64,000 nucleotides of DNA from Octopus sinensis (Eukaryota): positions 10,602,001 through 10,666,000 of the forward strand of contig NC_043003.1 of the NCBI RefSeq assembly GCF_006345805.1, given 5' to 3'. The position numbers and the translations under genes are program-made. Each line of letters opens with the position of its first letter. Within the stretch, counting starts at the first letter, position 1. The notes under the pieces are model-generated. The model was not told the origin of the DNA. It saw only the letters and a program-made list of their open reading frames with translations, and did no database searches. Below are positions 34,810 through 48,346 of this stretch, in pieces.

Positions 34810-36070
34810 TACTTATAGAATTAGATCCATCATCTCATCATATAACAACATGTGGACTGCCCTTAAAATAGAAATTACCAAGAGAGATTCTGGTGGGGGT
34901 CAATATGATAACTAAAACCTTTCAAGGCAGTGCCCCAGCATAGCCGTAGTCCAACAACTGAAGCCTGTCAATGCATGCAAACGGTGACATGAAAATCATG
35001 TATTTCTCTTCAGTGCTGGGGGAAAACCTGTTCACACCTTGCACTGCAAATCAAGAGATGATGCGGGGACATCAATGAAACTGGAGAGGTCAATGTCAGT
35101 ATGACATGTGTGGGATTATTATGGAAAGTGAAGCATCCTTTCATGAGCTATATTGCATAAACAGGCAGAAACATATTGACCTTGTTGACAGGAGAAATGG
35201 AGAGGATGGGGAAGGGGTGGACGAGGGTGGAGGTGGGGATGAAAGGAAAGGGGTGAGAAGAAAGAAAGAAGGACAAAGGAGTAAAAAAAAGAAAAAGAAG
35301 AGAGGATAGAGAAGGAGAGGATGAGGGTGGAGATGAAGGGTAGGGGGGATGAGGAGAAAGAATGAAGGACAAAAGAGAAAATAGAGAAGAGGGAGGCAAA
35401 GAAGAAGAGGAGGAAAAGAAGAAGAATTGGAAGAAGAAAGAAAAGAAGACGACAAGAAGTGACAGAAGACAAAGGAGGAGGAGGGGGAGGGTGATAGGGG
35501 AGGGGAGGGGAGAGGGGAGGAGGAGGCGGCTGCGGCAAAAATGCAAGAAAACAACCTGAAGAAAAGACTAAGAACAGCAACCTGAAGAAGAAGAACAACA
35601 ACAAGAACAAGAACAAGAACAAGAACAAGAAGAAGAACAACAACAACAACAATAACAACAGCAGCAGCAGCAGCACCGGTAGCAGCAAGCTGTACTTGCA
35701 GTGCAGTTATTTAAGTATGGGCCTGGATTACCGTACATTTAAGCTACGAGTGTATGTTATTATTTCAGACTTAGATAAATAATATTCATTAGTTTCTTTT
35801 TGAAGTTCATAATGGCCGGGAGATTCGCTGATTGCTAATAGCTGTGCATTCCATAAATGTGTTGGACGGTAATGTTCAATACTGTCTGCTACTAAGTAAA
35901 TCTTGAAGCGGTTCCAACGAAAAGATTGAAAGAGATCAATCAAGAATTACATTAATACTTTTCTATGTAAGAACAAGAATTTTGGAATTATGAAATTAAC
36001 TTTGGAGATTTTTAACGTAAACGAAAGGAACCGGTGGAAAATTTGCAATGTCATAATAAATAAAGTTTTC

Positions 36071-36269
36071 TTACATTATTTACATTATTTACGTTATTTA
36101 CTTTATTTACATTTGAAGGATATTTGTCCTCATCTTGTTTGTTGTTAACACAACATTTTGGCTGATATACCCTCCAGACTTCATCAGGTATCTTGGAGAA
36201 ATTTCGAACCTGGATCCTCATTCTTAAGGTATTTTTCAATGTTGTTATTATTATTATTACTATTATTAC

Positions 36270-36302
<33 letters not shown>

Positions 36303-36610
36303 CATTATTATTATTATTCAGGTCACAGGCATATGCGTTAGTGGTTCAGGACATATGGTAGTGGTTAAGAGCATGGGCTACTAACCCAAGATTCCGAGTT
36401 TGATTTCAGGCAGTGACCTGAATAATAATAATAATAATCATAATAATAATAATAATAACATTGAAAAATATCTTAGGAATGAGAACACTGGTTCGAAATT
36501 TCGCCCAAGACACCTGATGGAGGCTGGAAGGTATATCAGCCAAAATGTTGTGTTAACAACAAACATGATGAGGACAAATATTCGTCTAATGTAAATAATG
36601 TAAATAATGT
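36071..36610. mobile_element. tRNA-head/(AAT)n/hammerhead element, inverted pair (locus B)
   Basis: Minus arm 36071-36326 (hammerhead ~36147-36192), plus arm with tRNA-like head ~36350-36420, (AAT)n, hammerhead ~36509-36554 and (GTAAATAAT)n tail. Confidence 0.85.
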
Positions 36611-36639
36611 TATATAAGTGTAGTTTCAATGTTAGAGGT

Positions 36640-37050
36640 GTTACAATTACCCAGAGGTAGTCGTGGTCGATCCCAGTGCCGTCTGATTGGCACCCGTGCC
36701 ACAGCACAGAAAAAGCACTGTTTGAGCATTGGGTCTCACGGAGGCAGTGACAGGTTATCGAGACCTTTGACAATATACCATGCTTGTGTAGACCTGTCGA
36801 GACAAGGGAGATCATAGTCGTAGACAATGCTGGTGTCAGGTGAATGGCACCCATACCGGTGGCACGTAAAAAGCACCCACTACACTCTTGGAGTGGCTGG
36901 TGTTAGGAAGGGCATCCAGCCGTAGAAACCTTGCCAAATCAGACTGGAACCTGGTGCAGCTCCCTGGCTTACCAGTCTTCAGTCAAACCGTCAAACCCAT
37001 GTCAGCATGGGAAATGGACGTTAAATGATGATGATGATGATGATTATGAT
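36640..37050 (+). mobile_element. RTE family 3'-end copy
   Basis: CCGGTGGCACGTAAAAAGCACCCACTACACTC...GGAAATGGACGTTAAAT(GAT)n. Confidence 0.85.
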
Positions 37051-37139
37051 GACCTAATAAATCTGATTGGACCCGCTTTGGGAAAACCAAATATACTGCT
37101 GATAATGGGGATTTTTTTAAATCATAAACATAACAGACC

Positions 37140-37536
37140 CAGGAGTGGCTGTGTGGTAAGTAGCTTGCTTAGCAACCACACGGTTCCGGGTTCAGTCCCA
37201 CTGCATGGCACCTTGGGTAAGTGTCTTCTACTATAGCCTCAGGCCAATCAAAAGCTTTGTGGGTGGTTTGGTAGATGGAAACTGAAAGAAGCCCATCATA
37301 TATATATATATATATATACATATACGTATATGTGTGTGTTTGTGTATCTGTGTTTGCCCCCACCCCACCCCACCATTGTTTAACAACCGATGCTGGTGTG
37401 TTTATGTCCATGTAACTTAGCGGTTCAGTAAAAGAGACCGATAGAATAAGTACTAAGTCCTGGGAGCGATTTGCTTGACTAAAGGTGGTGCTCCAGCATG
37501 GCCACAGTCAAACAACTGAAACAAATAAAAGAATAT
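37140..37536 (+). mobile_element. Full-length family 1 SINE
   Basis: Head CAGGAGTGGCTGTGTGGTAAG, core, (TA)n(TG)n, tail CTGAAACAAATAAAAGAATA. Confidence 0.9.
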
Positions 37537-38104
37537 AACTACAGACCTTTATTGCATGGATGCAACTTTGTGCAAGCCATACATTTCAGAAGTCGATAAG
37601 TATCAAACCGGATGCCATGTTGGATATTGTAAAGTTGTTGACCTTACAAACGATGAAAGCTGATTGGCTAATCTCTAATGTTATGGATTACCTTTTATGG
37701 AAACGGAGCCTGATGTGAAAAAAAGGAATGTTAGGCTCAACACTGCTTTTGACCTCCGACCTTGCCATCCAATTACCGTGTGGGTGTTGTTTGTTCAGAT
37801 GAACATTACAACACCAGAGATCAGATATGAATTGCCTTTCAGCTTAGATAATGTTAAGCTTCTCCATAATACTCAACACTGTGTTCTGATTTTAAAGATT
37901 ATCGGATCTCTGCAACCTTATCAACTTGGCCATCTTTCATACATATATATACATATATATAATATATACATATGCTTTTATGTAAGCATGTTCGATATTC
38001 CTGTATTTTATATGCTGGAAATAAATCTAGATCAGTGCTCTGTAACCGGTATGCTGTGGCACACTGGTGTGGCACGAGATGGTGCTAAGTGTGCCACAGT
38101 GTAT

Positions 38105-38525
38105 CATCATCATCATAGTCGTTTAATGTCTGCTTTCCATGCTGGCATGGGTTGGACGTTTTGACTGAGACCTAGCAAGCCAATCAGATCTGGCAAGGTT
38201 TCTACAGTTGGATGCCCTTCCTAATGCCAACAACTCTAAGAGTGTAGTGGGTGCGTTTTACATGTGCCTTTTACGTGCCACCAGCAGAGGTGCCAGCCAG
38301 GTGGCACTGGTATTGGCCACATTTGAATGGTGCTTTTTACGTGCCACCAGTATGGGTGCCAGTCAGGCGGCACTGACATCAGCACAGTTGCCAGTCAGGC
38401 AGCACTGGCACCGGCCACGTTTGAATGGTGCTTTTTACATGCCACCAGCATGGGTGCCAGTCAGGTGGCCCTGGCATCGGCCACTGGGTGCCAATCAGGA
38501 GGCACTAGCGGCATAAGTACCAGTC
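38105..38525 (-). mobile_element. RTE family 3'-end copy with expanded hairpin modules
   Basis: (CAT)n, TTTCCATGCTGGCATGGGTTGGACG, then repeated TTTTACRTGCCACCAGYA..GGTGCCAGTCAGG modules. Confidence 0.8.
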
Positions 38526-40864
38526 AATGCAACCACGTCATTGCCAGTATTGAAGCTATGGGATAATACAGGATTAATTCATAGCCATGTGAATGGATAA
38601 GCAATAAACTGGACAAGCAAATCTGAATGCTGAAGGATTAAGCAATACCAATGGATTAAAGATCTTTAAAACTATGATCCGATTCTTTCACAGACAATTT
38701 ACAACACAGAAAAATGGAGTCATATATTTTCATTGATTCTAAGCTTGAACCATTGTAGACGTTCTTGGTCTTTTATTTGTTTTAGTCATGAGACTGTGGC
38801 CATGCTGGGGCACCACCTTGAAGCATTTTAATCAAATGGCTCAACCTCAATGCTCATATTTTAAAGCCTAGTACTTATTCTATCAGTCTCTTTTGCTGAG
38901 CTGCTAAGTTACTGGGACATAAACAAACCAACACCAGTTGTCAGGTGGTGGTATGACACACACACACACAATGGGCTTCCTTCGGTTTCAATCTACCAGA
39001 TTTGTTGCAAGGCTTTGGCCAGCTTGAGGCTATTGTAGAAGACACTTGCCTAAGGTGACACCTTGGACAACTGGTAGTGAGGGGGAGCTTAAGTCAATTA
39101 CATTGACCCCTTTAGTCTATTGGTGCTTTTTTTATTGACCCTACAAGAATGAAAGACAAAGTCAACCCCTGTGGCATTTGGACTCAGAACATAAAATCCA
39201 AAGAACTGAAACTAAACATTTTACCTGCTGTGGAAACGATTCTGCCAGATTGTCCCTTTATAAATATCAATTTGAGTTTAAAAACAGCAATAAGCCCCTT
39301 AAGGGTATATAAGCCTTGTATCTGTCATATCTCTTACTCCTTGCTACCTCAAATTGATGCCTATAATGGCTGTGTGGTTCCAGGTTCAATCCCATTGTGT
39401 GCTAGCTTGGCCAAGTGTCTTCTACTATAGTTCCACACTGACTAAAGCCTCGTGGGTGAATTTGATGGAAACTGTGTGGAAGCCTGTCATATGTTGGACC
39501 ACTGAAATCTACAAGCTGTCTTCATTCTTCCTCTGTTTAGTTTCTGTTATTCTCTTCTGCTGAAGAGCATAGGTTCGAAACTGAACTTGGAGACATGTGC
39601 TTAGGAAGCAAACTTCTTATCACATAGCCACGTAGCTATTCCTGAACCTTGAAGTAATTGCTAATTATCTTTACATAATGAAAAAAAAAAATATGAAGAA
39701 TCTGCCAAACTCCACACTTATCATAATGGAACATGGAGTGTACTGTGTCTTTATCAAAGGAACTCGACACTTGTGAAGTTCTTTTTTAAAGAGTTTTTAA
39801 GAACTGTTGAAAGTGTGAAAAAACTTCATTGATTTTAATCGACATCAAAACTTTGACAGGAATAACTTCTTGCCCCCACCCTCATCCCCTCCCACTGCCA
39901 CCACTACCACCACTGCCTCCATCATCATCATCATAATCATTGTAATTATTTATTTTCTGTTTCAAGTCAAACTTTCATTGAGCATTTAGTTCATGGACAC
40001 CAGGCATGAGCTGCCTTTTGCAAGAAAGGGCCACATTTGACTTGGTTCATCATCAAGTCACACCACTAAAAAATTTCATGGTAATGTTTTTGCTAAGCAT
40101 GCCATTTGGAAGGCCCATGGACAGCAGTTTGCCTGAAACCGAATTATATCTTGAATAATGACTTAGAAGTCAAGTGAATTCATAAGATGAAAACCTTCCC
40201 ATTTGATTCTTTAAAGTTTGGTATTAAATCTTGGTTTCACTTTTCCAAAAGCCTTGCATTGTTCATTTCTTTATTTCATCCCAAGAGGCTCCAGTATTAC
40301 TGATAACATTCCAGATGTTGAAGGCAGCGAGCTGGCAGAAACGTTAGCACGCCAGCAATATTTTGTCTGTCTTAATGTTCTGCGTTCAAATTCCACCAAG
40401 GTCAACTCTGACTTTCATCTTTTTGGGGTCGATAAATTAAGACACCTTTTTTGCCATTGCTCAGTCCACTCAGCTGGCATGTAAAAAATACCATTCGAAC
40501 TTGGTTGATGCCAGTGCTGCCTGACTGGCCCCCTGTGCTGGTGGCATGCAAAAAACACCATTCGAATATGGTCGATGCTAGTGGCACCTGATTGGCCCCC
40601 ATGCTGGTGGCACATAAAAAGGAGAGGCACAAAATACATACAACACTTGTATTTCTCTGATTCTATTTTAAACTGGACTAATACCATTTCATCAAAATCC
40701 ATTATTTCTAACAAAGTTGAAAGATTTCTATGGAGAAAGCACTTCAAGACTTTAACAGATTCTAACTGAAAATACACTTGATTCACTCGGGTCCAAAGTT
40801 TGGCTTCTTAAAAACTAGGTTTGACTAGTTTCTGAACAGTTGATAATATCCAACATTATCCATT

Positions 40865-41133
40865 TCTAACTTTGTTACCATATTCCTGTACACTATCTTT
40901 GGTTCAATCAACTTTGAAAATAATGAAGAATTTGGTAAAACTACCTTTGTCATTATCAAGGTGTTATTTGGAACACCTTGATAATAGGTGTAGGAGTGAC
41001 TGTGTGGTAAGTAGTTTGCTTACCAACCACATGGTTCTGGGTTCAGTCCCACTGCATGGCACCTTGGACAAGTGTCTTCTACTATAGCCTTGTGAGTGGA
41101 TTTGGTAGACGGAAACTGAAAGAAGCCGTCATA

Positions 41134-41213
<80 letters not shown>

Positions 41214-41617
41214 CGTATGTGTGTGTATATATGTTTGTGTGTCTGTGTTTGTCCCTCCAACATCGCTTGACAACCGATGCTGGTGTGTTTATGTCCCTGT
41301 AACTTAGCGGTTCAGCAAAAGAGACCGATAGAATAAGTACTAGGCTTATGTCCCCATAACTTAGCAGTTTGGCAAGAGAGACCAACAGAATAAGTACTAG
41401 GCTTACAAAGAATAATTCCGGGGGTCGATTTGCTCGACTAAAAGGCGGTGCTTCAGCATGGCCACAGTCAAATGACTGAAACAAGTAAAAGAGATAAAAG
41501 AAAAAGAAATTAACAAGAAATTTTGATGGAAGGTTTTAACTTAGATCACTTCAAAACAAGAAGACTGCATCACAGAAGCAGAGGTGGGCATGAGTGGGTT
41601 GGCATCAAAAGGAATAA
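40865..41617. mobile_element. Degenerate piggyBac-like MITE interrupted by a family 1 SINE (~40988-41505, +)
   Basis: Outer ends CTTTGTTACCA / TGGCATCAAAAG; inner SINE complete with an internal ~60-bp tandem duplication (TTATGTCCC..AGAATAAGTACTAGGC twice). Confidence 0.55.
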
Positions 41618-41853
41618 CTCTATTGTATAACTTTTATGGAAATCTAACCTTCCTCCCATATGAACCAGCATTTTATTTTAAAATTTTGTTTATCAGTTTT
41701 GCTGCGCAACATATAATAAAAATTTCCAAATACTAAAAATTTCTTCAAATGCTTGTTCTTCATATAATGGCACCATGCAATGAAGAACTGTCATGGCGTC
41801 AGTTTGCTAACAAATATAAATGAGCAGGAAATCTACAGAGACAAGATTTGGCT

Positions 41854-41891
<38 letters not shown>

Positions 41892-41901
41892 ATATACATA
41901 G

Positions 41902-41950
<49 letters not shown>

Positions 41951-41951
41951 C

Positions 41952-41982
<31 letters not shown>

Positions 41983-42011
41983 CATAGATATATATACATA
42001 TATATATATAC

Positions 42012-42044
<33 letters not shown>

Positions 42045-42094
42045 CATATTATATATATATATATCATATATATATATATAGATATATATATATA

Positions 42095-42125
<31 letters not shown>

Positions 42126-42195
42126 CATATAATATATATATATATATATAATATATATATACATATTATATATATATATACATATATATATATAA

Positions 42196-42229
<34 letters not shown>

Positions 42230-42262
42230 CATATATACATATATAGATATATATATATACAC

Positions 42263-42318
<56 letters not shown>

Positions 42319-42323
42319 TATAT
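41854..42323. repeat. Long (TA)n/(TATAC)n microsatellite
   Basis: Directly visible. Confidence 0.95.
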
Positions 42324-43184
42324 AATTTTGTTGTTGCTGTTTTTTTTTTCTTTTACCATTATTGATTTTCATAAATAAATCAATCTATTCCAGCCTATTT
42401 TAGGTAAAAGCTGCAATATATATAAAAAGCAATGTTTGCATAAAATATATTATTAGTCAAGCATTTTATGACACCGTGCCCTTGAAAATTAGATGCCAAT
42501 GAAGGAATAACAGCGGAATTTTCATATGTCTAATGCAGATAAAAAGCAACGTTATACAAATGTCAGAACATTTAGGGAAAGGGGGTTGAGTGGATGATTC
42601 TGGAAAAACTGTTTCTGTGTGTATATATAAGTGTCTATCTATCAAATAAATTGATCTACATACAAATCATCATCATCAGCAACACCATCACCACCACCTC
42701 CATTATCATCATCAACATCATGATTTAATGTCCATTTTCCATGCTGGCATGGGTTGGATGGTTTAACGAGAGCTGGCCAACTGGAGAGCTTTCTAGGCTC
42801 CGATTGTCTGCTTTGTACATGGTTACTACAGCTAGGCTTAGCAGCCCTTCCTGTTTGTTTTCACTGGTCCTGTTTGTGTTACCTATTTTGACCCTCTGCA
42901 AAATCCCAAATTTTATGTAATTTGCTTTGCGGGAGCAACTGTTTTACGAAAGCATATATTGTTAAATGCTCGAAATGTGAGAGTTGAAAAACAGCCAACA
43001 ACTGATGAAGGGTCATTCTTTATGTTATTTGTTTTGTTTTCCATTTATGTCTTTCGTTGTTCGAAAGAATAGTTCATGTTCCATGTACACGTGTTTTGTA
43101 TTTTTGTTGTACATGTTTCACGATGTCCTGTGCCCATATATGTATATATACATATAGATGTAAGTATGTACATATAAATATGTA

Positions 43185-43480
43185 TCATCATCATCGTTTA
43201 ACGGCCGCTTTCCATGCTAGCATGGGTTGGACGATTTGACTGAGGGCTGGTAAACCAGATCGCTGCACCAGGCTTCAATCTTGATCTGGCAGTTTCTACA
43301 GCTGGATGCCCTTCCTAATGCCAACCACTCTGAGAGTGCAGTGGGTGCTTTTTACGTGCCACCGGCATGGGGGCCAGTCAGGCAGTACTGGCAACAACCT
43401 CGCTCAAATCTATTACACATGCCACCGGCACAGGTGCCAGTAAGGTGATGCTGGTAACGATCACGCTCTAATGGTGTCTT
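43185..43480 (-). mobile_element. RTE family 3'-end copy
   Basis: (CAT)n CGTTTAACGGCCGCTTTCCATGCTAGCATGGGTTGGACG...TTTTACGTGCCACCGGCA, flanked by TA-rich repeats. Confidence 0.85.
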
Positions 43481-43536
43481 TCGATATATGCATATATATA
43501 TTTTTTTTATATTATTATATTCATAAGTATACATAC

Positions 43537-43591
<55 letters not shown>

Positions 43592-43743
43592 AGGTATATT
43601 TGCCATCTTAATATGGCTAACCACTAAGGGTGGGTGTTACTGTAGCTTGTAGCCCAGGAGAACATTTCCTCCAGCTGGCTATAGGCACACTTTCTGTGCC
43701 CTATCAGTATTTGCATATATACATACACTTATATATATATATA

Positions 43744-43795
<52 letters not shown>

Positions 43796-44926
43796 GTATG
43801 TATATACACTTATATATATTTATGCAGGTGTGGTTGTGTGTTAAGAAGCTTACTTCTTAACCGAGTGGTCAGGGGTTCAGCAGTTTGGCAAAGGAGACCA
43901 ATAGAATAAGTACCAGGCTCAAAAACGTACTGGGGTCGATAGCTTCGGCTAAAAGTTCTTCAAGGCAGTGCCCCAGCATAGTTGCAGCCTAATGACTGAA
44001 ACAAGTAAAAGATAAAAAGAAAAAGGTGTATGTATTACGTGTGTGTATGTGTGTGCCCTTGTGTAGACTTCATATGATTGCTGTAAATGAGCACCACCGT
44101 CCTAGAAGCGAGGTTGTTTGTCTCGAGTCTTCCATGTCGGGCAACATGTCTGGCGACGGAGAAAGCATTGCTTTGCTTGGAAACAGGTGAGGGTTGGCAA
44201 CAGGAAGGACATCCAGCCGTAGATAGCTCTGCCTCAACAAACACCTTTCTGACCAATATGCAAACATGGAGAAGTGGACATCAAATGGTGATGATGAAGA
44301 TGATGATGATGATGATGGCTGATACACACACACAAATAAATGAAATAAACATAACAGCAAATGCATGCTGGGAAGAAGCCAGAGTAAAACCTAGGTTCTA
44401 GTTGATGACCAGTTTGGGTAGTTCTGTTGCTAATGCAAAGAGTCAATGCTAAGAATAGTACCTTTGCCATTTCCTCTCTCCCCCAAAGACCTTCGTTTGT
44501 TATGATTACTGGAAGATGATATCAGGGAATCAATAATGGGAATCCTCTTCAAAGACGCTCCTGACATCACAGTCATTTACACCTGGAACAATACATCGAT
44601 CTGTGTTTGCATTAGGGTGTGTGTGTGTGTGTGCGCGCGCGCGAGTGCGCGTATGTGTGTGTATGTGTACATATTGATATCTCTCTCTCTCTAAACATAT
44701 ATATATATATGTGTGTGTGTGTGTGTATACGCAGTTATACGCAAATGTATGTATCTGTGTGTGTGTGTGTGTGTGTACATATCTATATATCTCTGCCTCT
44801 ATATATGTGTGTGTGTGTTGTGTATGTACATAATGGTTTCTCTCTCTCTATATATATATATATATCATCATCATCATCGCCATCACCATCATCATAATCA
44901 TCATAGTCATCTACATAATCATCATC

Positions 44927-44958
<32 letters not shown>

Positions 44959-45409
44959 CACTATCATCACCATCACCATCACCATCATCATCATGGACCG
45001 AACATGCTTTCCAAGCAAGATCACCACCACCACCACCACCACCTTAACAACAAAAAATAATAACTTAAAAAATTTTTTTTAAAACAAAACCTCAGCTAAA
45101 TAATGGAAAAAAATACAATAATAATAATAACAATAACAGGAATTAACATCAATTAACCAACAGTTAAATTAAAGCTGATAATGTTAAGCAGGAGATTATC
45201 ATTGCTTCAGTGTGGCTTCTTTTTCTAAACACAGAACTGAACGCAACTTGGATTGATCCAAATGCCAAGTTTACGACCAGCTGGAGCATTTTGCACGGGA
45301 TTTCCATCCTGGAGAACACATCCGTCTCTCGGATTAGAAAAGCCAGGCTGTGATGGCTTCCAACACTAATTTAATTATATTAGTAACGTATTTGCGTAGG
45401 AGATTAAAT

Positions 45410-45490
45410 CTTGTTGTTGTTGTTGTGGTGGTGGTGGTGATGGTGGTTTTATCTTACTTGAGTGGAGAAAGTGTAAATAATGATGATGAA

Positions 45491-45535
<45 letters not shown>

Positions 45536-46100
45536 TATAATAATAATGACAATGATGATGCTAATAATGATAATGATAATAATGATGATGGTGGTGGTGG
45601 TGGTGGTGGTAATAATAATGATGATGATGATGATGATGATAATGGTGATGATAGTAATAATAACAATAATAATGGTGGCAGTAGTAGTAGTGGTGGTGAT
45701 GGTGGTGGTAGATGTGAGAGTGATGGTGGTGAGGGTGATGATGGTGGTGGTGATGGTGAAAGTGGAGGTAGGGGTGATGGTGGTTGTGGTGGTGATAGTG
45801 GTGGCAGCAATAGCAGTGGCAATGGTGGAGGTGTTGCTAGTAGTCATGGTGGTGGTGATGGTGGTAGTGGTGGTGGGGTGGTGGTGGTGGTGGTGGTGGT
45901 GGTAGTGATAGCAGTGGTGATGGTGAAGGTGCTGGTATTCAGAGTGGTGATGGTAGTGGTGGTGGTGGTGGTGGTGGTGGTGGTGATGGTGGTGGTGATG
46001 TTGGTTCCATGGTGGTGTTTGGCAGAGATGGCAGTGGTGGTACCAGCGGTGGTGGTAGTAGTGCTGGTGCTGGTGCCGGTGCTAATGGCGATGGTAATGA
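45410..46100. repeat. Compound trinucleotide block (GGT/GAT/AAT)n
   Basis: Directly visible; produces the poly-V/N/G/D ORFs. Confidence 0.95.
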
Positions 46101-46275
46101 TTTATTTTTCTTTCGTGTAAAGAAAATAAAAATATTCGGTAACGGAGGTGACCAAGATAACAGCTTTCTGTTTTGATTCCATCGTGAGAAATATTCAATT
46201 AATATTACTTTAATGCAATAACCCAAAATTAGAAATGAATTGTTTTTTGTGAACGCAAGTGTACTCGCCAACACA

Positions 46276-46316
<41 letters not shown>

Positions 46317-46499
46317 CGATTATACACAAATTCACACAAGTACATACACAGGCATGTTAAGTATTGCACACACATTTTGTTTATTTGCTTATCTTTTGGG
46401 GTGTTTTGTGTTTTTTTTTGTTTTTTTCCTAACATGTAAATATTTTGTTGTCCTCAGGCAATAAATTCTATGTTAAACCAAAGTTTCATACTTTGTCAG

Positions 46500-46513
46500 G
46501 TTGCCTAGGCAAC
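46500..46513. promoter_or_regulatory. Perfect palindromic RFX X-box candidate
   Basis: GTTGCCTAGGCAAC fits GTNRCC-N0-3-RGYAAC and lies in non-repeat sequence. Confidence 0.4.
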
Positions 46514-46723
46514 GCACTTACCTTCTTCTGTTGGCACGAAACATTTCCCGACCAAATTTTGTCTCATGATCCTTCTGTCTAAAACTCTACATGTAGAACG
46601 CTGCACATGGATGCAAGCATGGCTGTGTGGTTAAGAACCTTGTTTTGCAACTATGTGGCTTTGGGTTCCGTCCCACTGTAAGGCACCTTGGACAAATATC
46701 TTCTACAATAGCCATGGGTATAA

Positions 46724-47108
46724 GGCCCATGGCTCAGTAGCTGGAATATCAGGCTCATGATCATGAGATAGTGAGTTCGATTCCTGAACTGTGCGGTGTG
46801 TTGTGTTCTTAAGCAAGACACTTTACTTCACGTTGCTCCAGTTCACGCCAGCACTCAGACTACCAACACCTCCACCATCACCACAGTTCACTCACGTTGC
46901 AACTCATTTCTGAGTTGCGACATCACTGGTGCCAAGCTGTATCGGCCCCTTTGCCTTTCCCTTGGATAACACTGGTGGCGTGGAGAAGGGAGGCTGGTAT
47001 GCATGGGCGACTGCTGGTCTTCCATAAACAACCTTGCCCAGACTTGTGCCTCAGAGGGGAACTTTCTAGGTGCAATCCCATGGTCATTCATGACAGAAGG
47101 GGGTCTTT
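46724..47108 (+). mobile_element. tRNA-derived SINE family 4
   Basis: Head TGGCTCAGTAG..GGCTCATGATC..GAGTTCGATTCC, core GTGTTCTTAAGCAAGACACTT, distinct tail GCATGGGCGACTGCTGGTCTTCCATAAACAACCTTGCCC..CATGACAGAAGGGGGTCTTT. Confidence 0.7.
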
Positions 47109-47109
47109 A

Positions 47110-47790
47110 TAGGTGCAGGTATGCCTGTATGGTAAGACGTTTATTACCAAACCACAGGGTTCCAGGATCAGTTTCACTGCACAGCAACTTGGGCAAGTGT
47201 CTTCTACTACAGCCTCAGGCCAACTAAAGCCTTGTGTGTGTGTGGGGGGGGTTCTGTTTGTCCCCAACCATTGCTTGACAACCGGCATTAGTTTGTCTAC
47301 ATCCCCATAACTTAGCAATACAGCAAAAGGAACTGATAGAATAAAATGCCACACTTTAAAAAAAAATCTATTGTGGTAAGTAGCTTGCTTACAAACCACA
47401 TGGTTCCGGGTTCAGTCCCACTGGGCAAGTGTCTTCCACTATAGCCTTGGGCCGACCAAAGCCTTGTGAGTGGATTTGGTAGATGGAAACTGAAGAAGCC
47501 TGTCATATATGTGTGTTTGTGTGTGTTTGTGTATCTGTGTTTGTCCCCACCAACATCGCTTGACAACCAATGCTGGTATGTTTACGTCCCCATAACTCAT
47601 CAGTTCGGCAAAAGAGACCAATAGAATAAATACTAGGCTTACAAAGAATAAGTCTTGGGGTTGATTTGCTCGACTAATGGTGGTGCTCCAGCATGGCCAC
47701 AGTCAAAATGACTGAAACAAGTAAAAGAGTAAAGAGTACTGGGGTTGATTTGTTCGCAGTCCAATGGCTGGAACAAATAAAAAGCAAAAG
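47110..47790 (+). mobile_element. Two adjacent family 1 SINE copies
   Basis: Heads at ~47115 and ~47372, cores TGGGCAAGTGTCTTC, tail GACTGAAACAAGTAAAAGAGT. Confidence 0.85.
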
Positions 47791-48251
47791 AAAGACATGA
47801 TATGAAAGACAAAAATTGAAGAATATTTCTTCAGACAGCAACCATTCGCTTCTGTTTCACTTCTCCATCATTTTTTCCTTCAACAAGATGAAGTACAAAA
47901 TCCTTTTCGATTTTTTTCATGCCCGTTTCTGACATGCACCTTTTAGAAACAAATTTTTTACAGCTATTTTTATCTCAAGACGTGCCACAAATGTCAAACC
48001 GCCTGTCATAAAGTGTCCATTAAAGGTTAAACATACAACACAATATGATTTATTGAATACAACACATAGTTTATATAAATATGGCTGTCATAACTCAATC
48101 CATTTCGGAGAAACCAAACTGTATACGTAACAATCTCTTGTTTTCCCTGCTCGCGTGGAGTTATTCCTATGCTTACACTTTCTTTACAGTGCACTTTAGT
48201 ACACATATACAAACACACACACACACACACACACATATATACTCATATATA

Positions 48252-48301
<50 letters not shown>

Positions 48302-48346
48302 TAGAAAAAAAAACACCTTTTATCAATTCAATAATGAAAAATTAAA

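Noticed and set aside
36350-36420. Functional tRNA gene (anticodon ACT)
   Set aside because: No proper acceptor stem, copies diverged, always embedded in the hammerhead repeat; it is a SINE-type head
45350-46120. 256-aa ORF with poly-N/G/D/V; similar poly-H/T/P ORFs at 35.1-35.7, 44.7-45.1 and 58.3-58.9 kb
   Set aside because: Trinucleotide repeat tracts with no domain content or splice support
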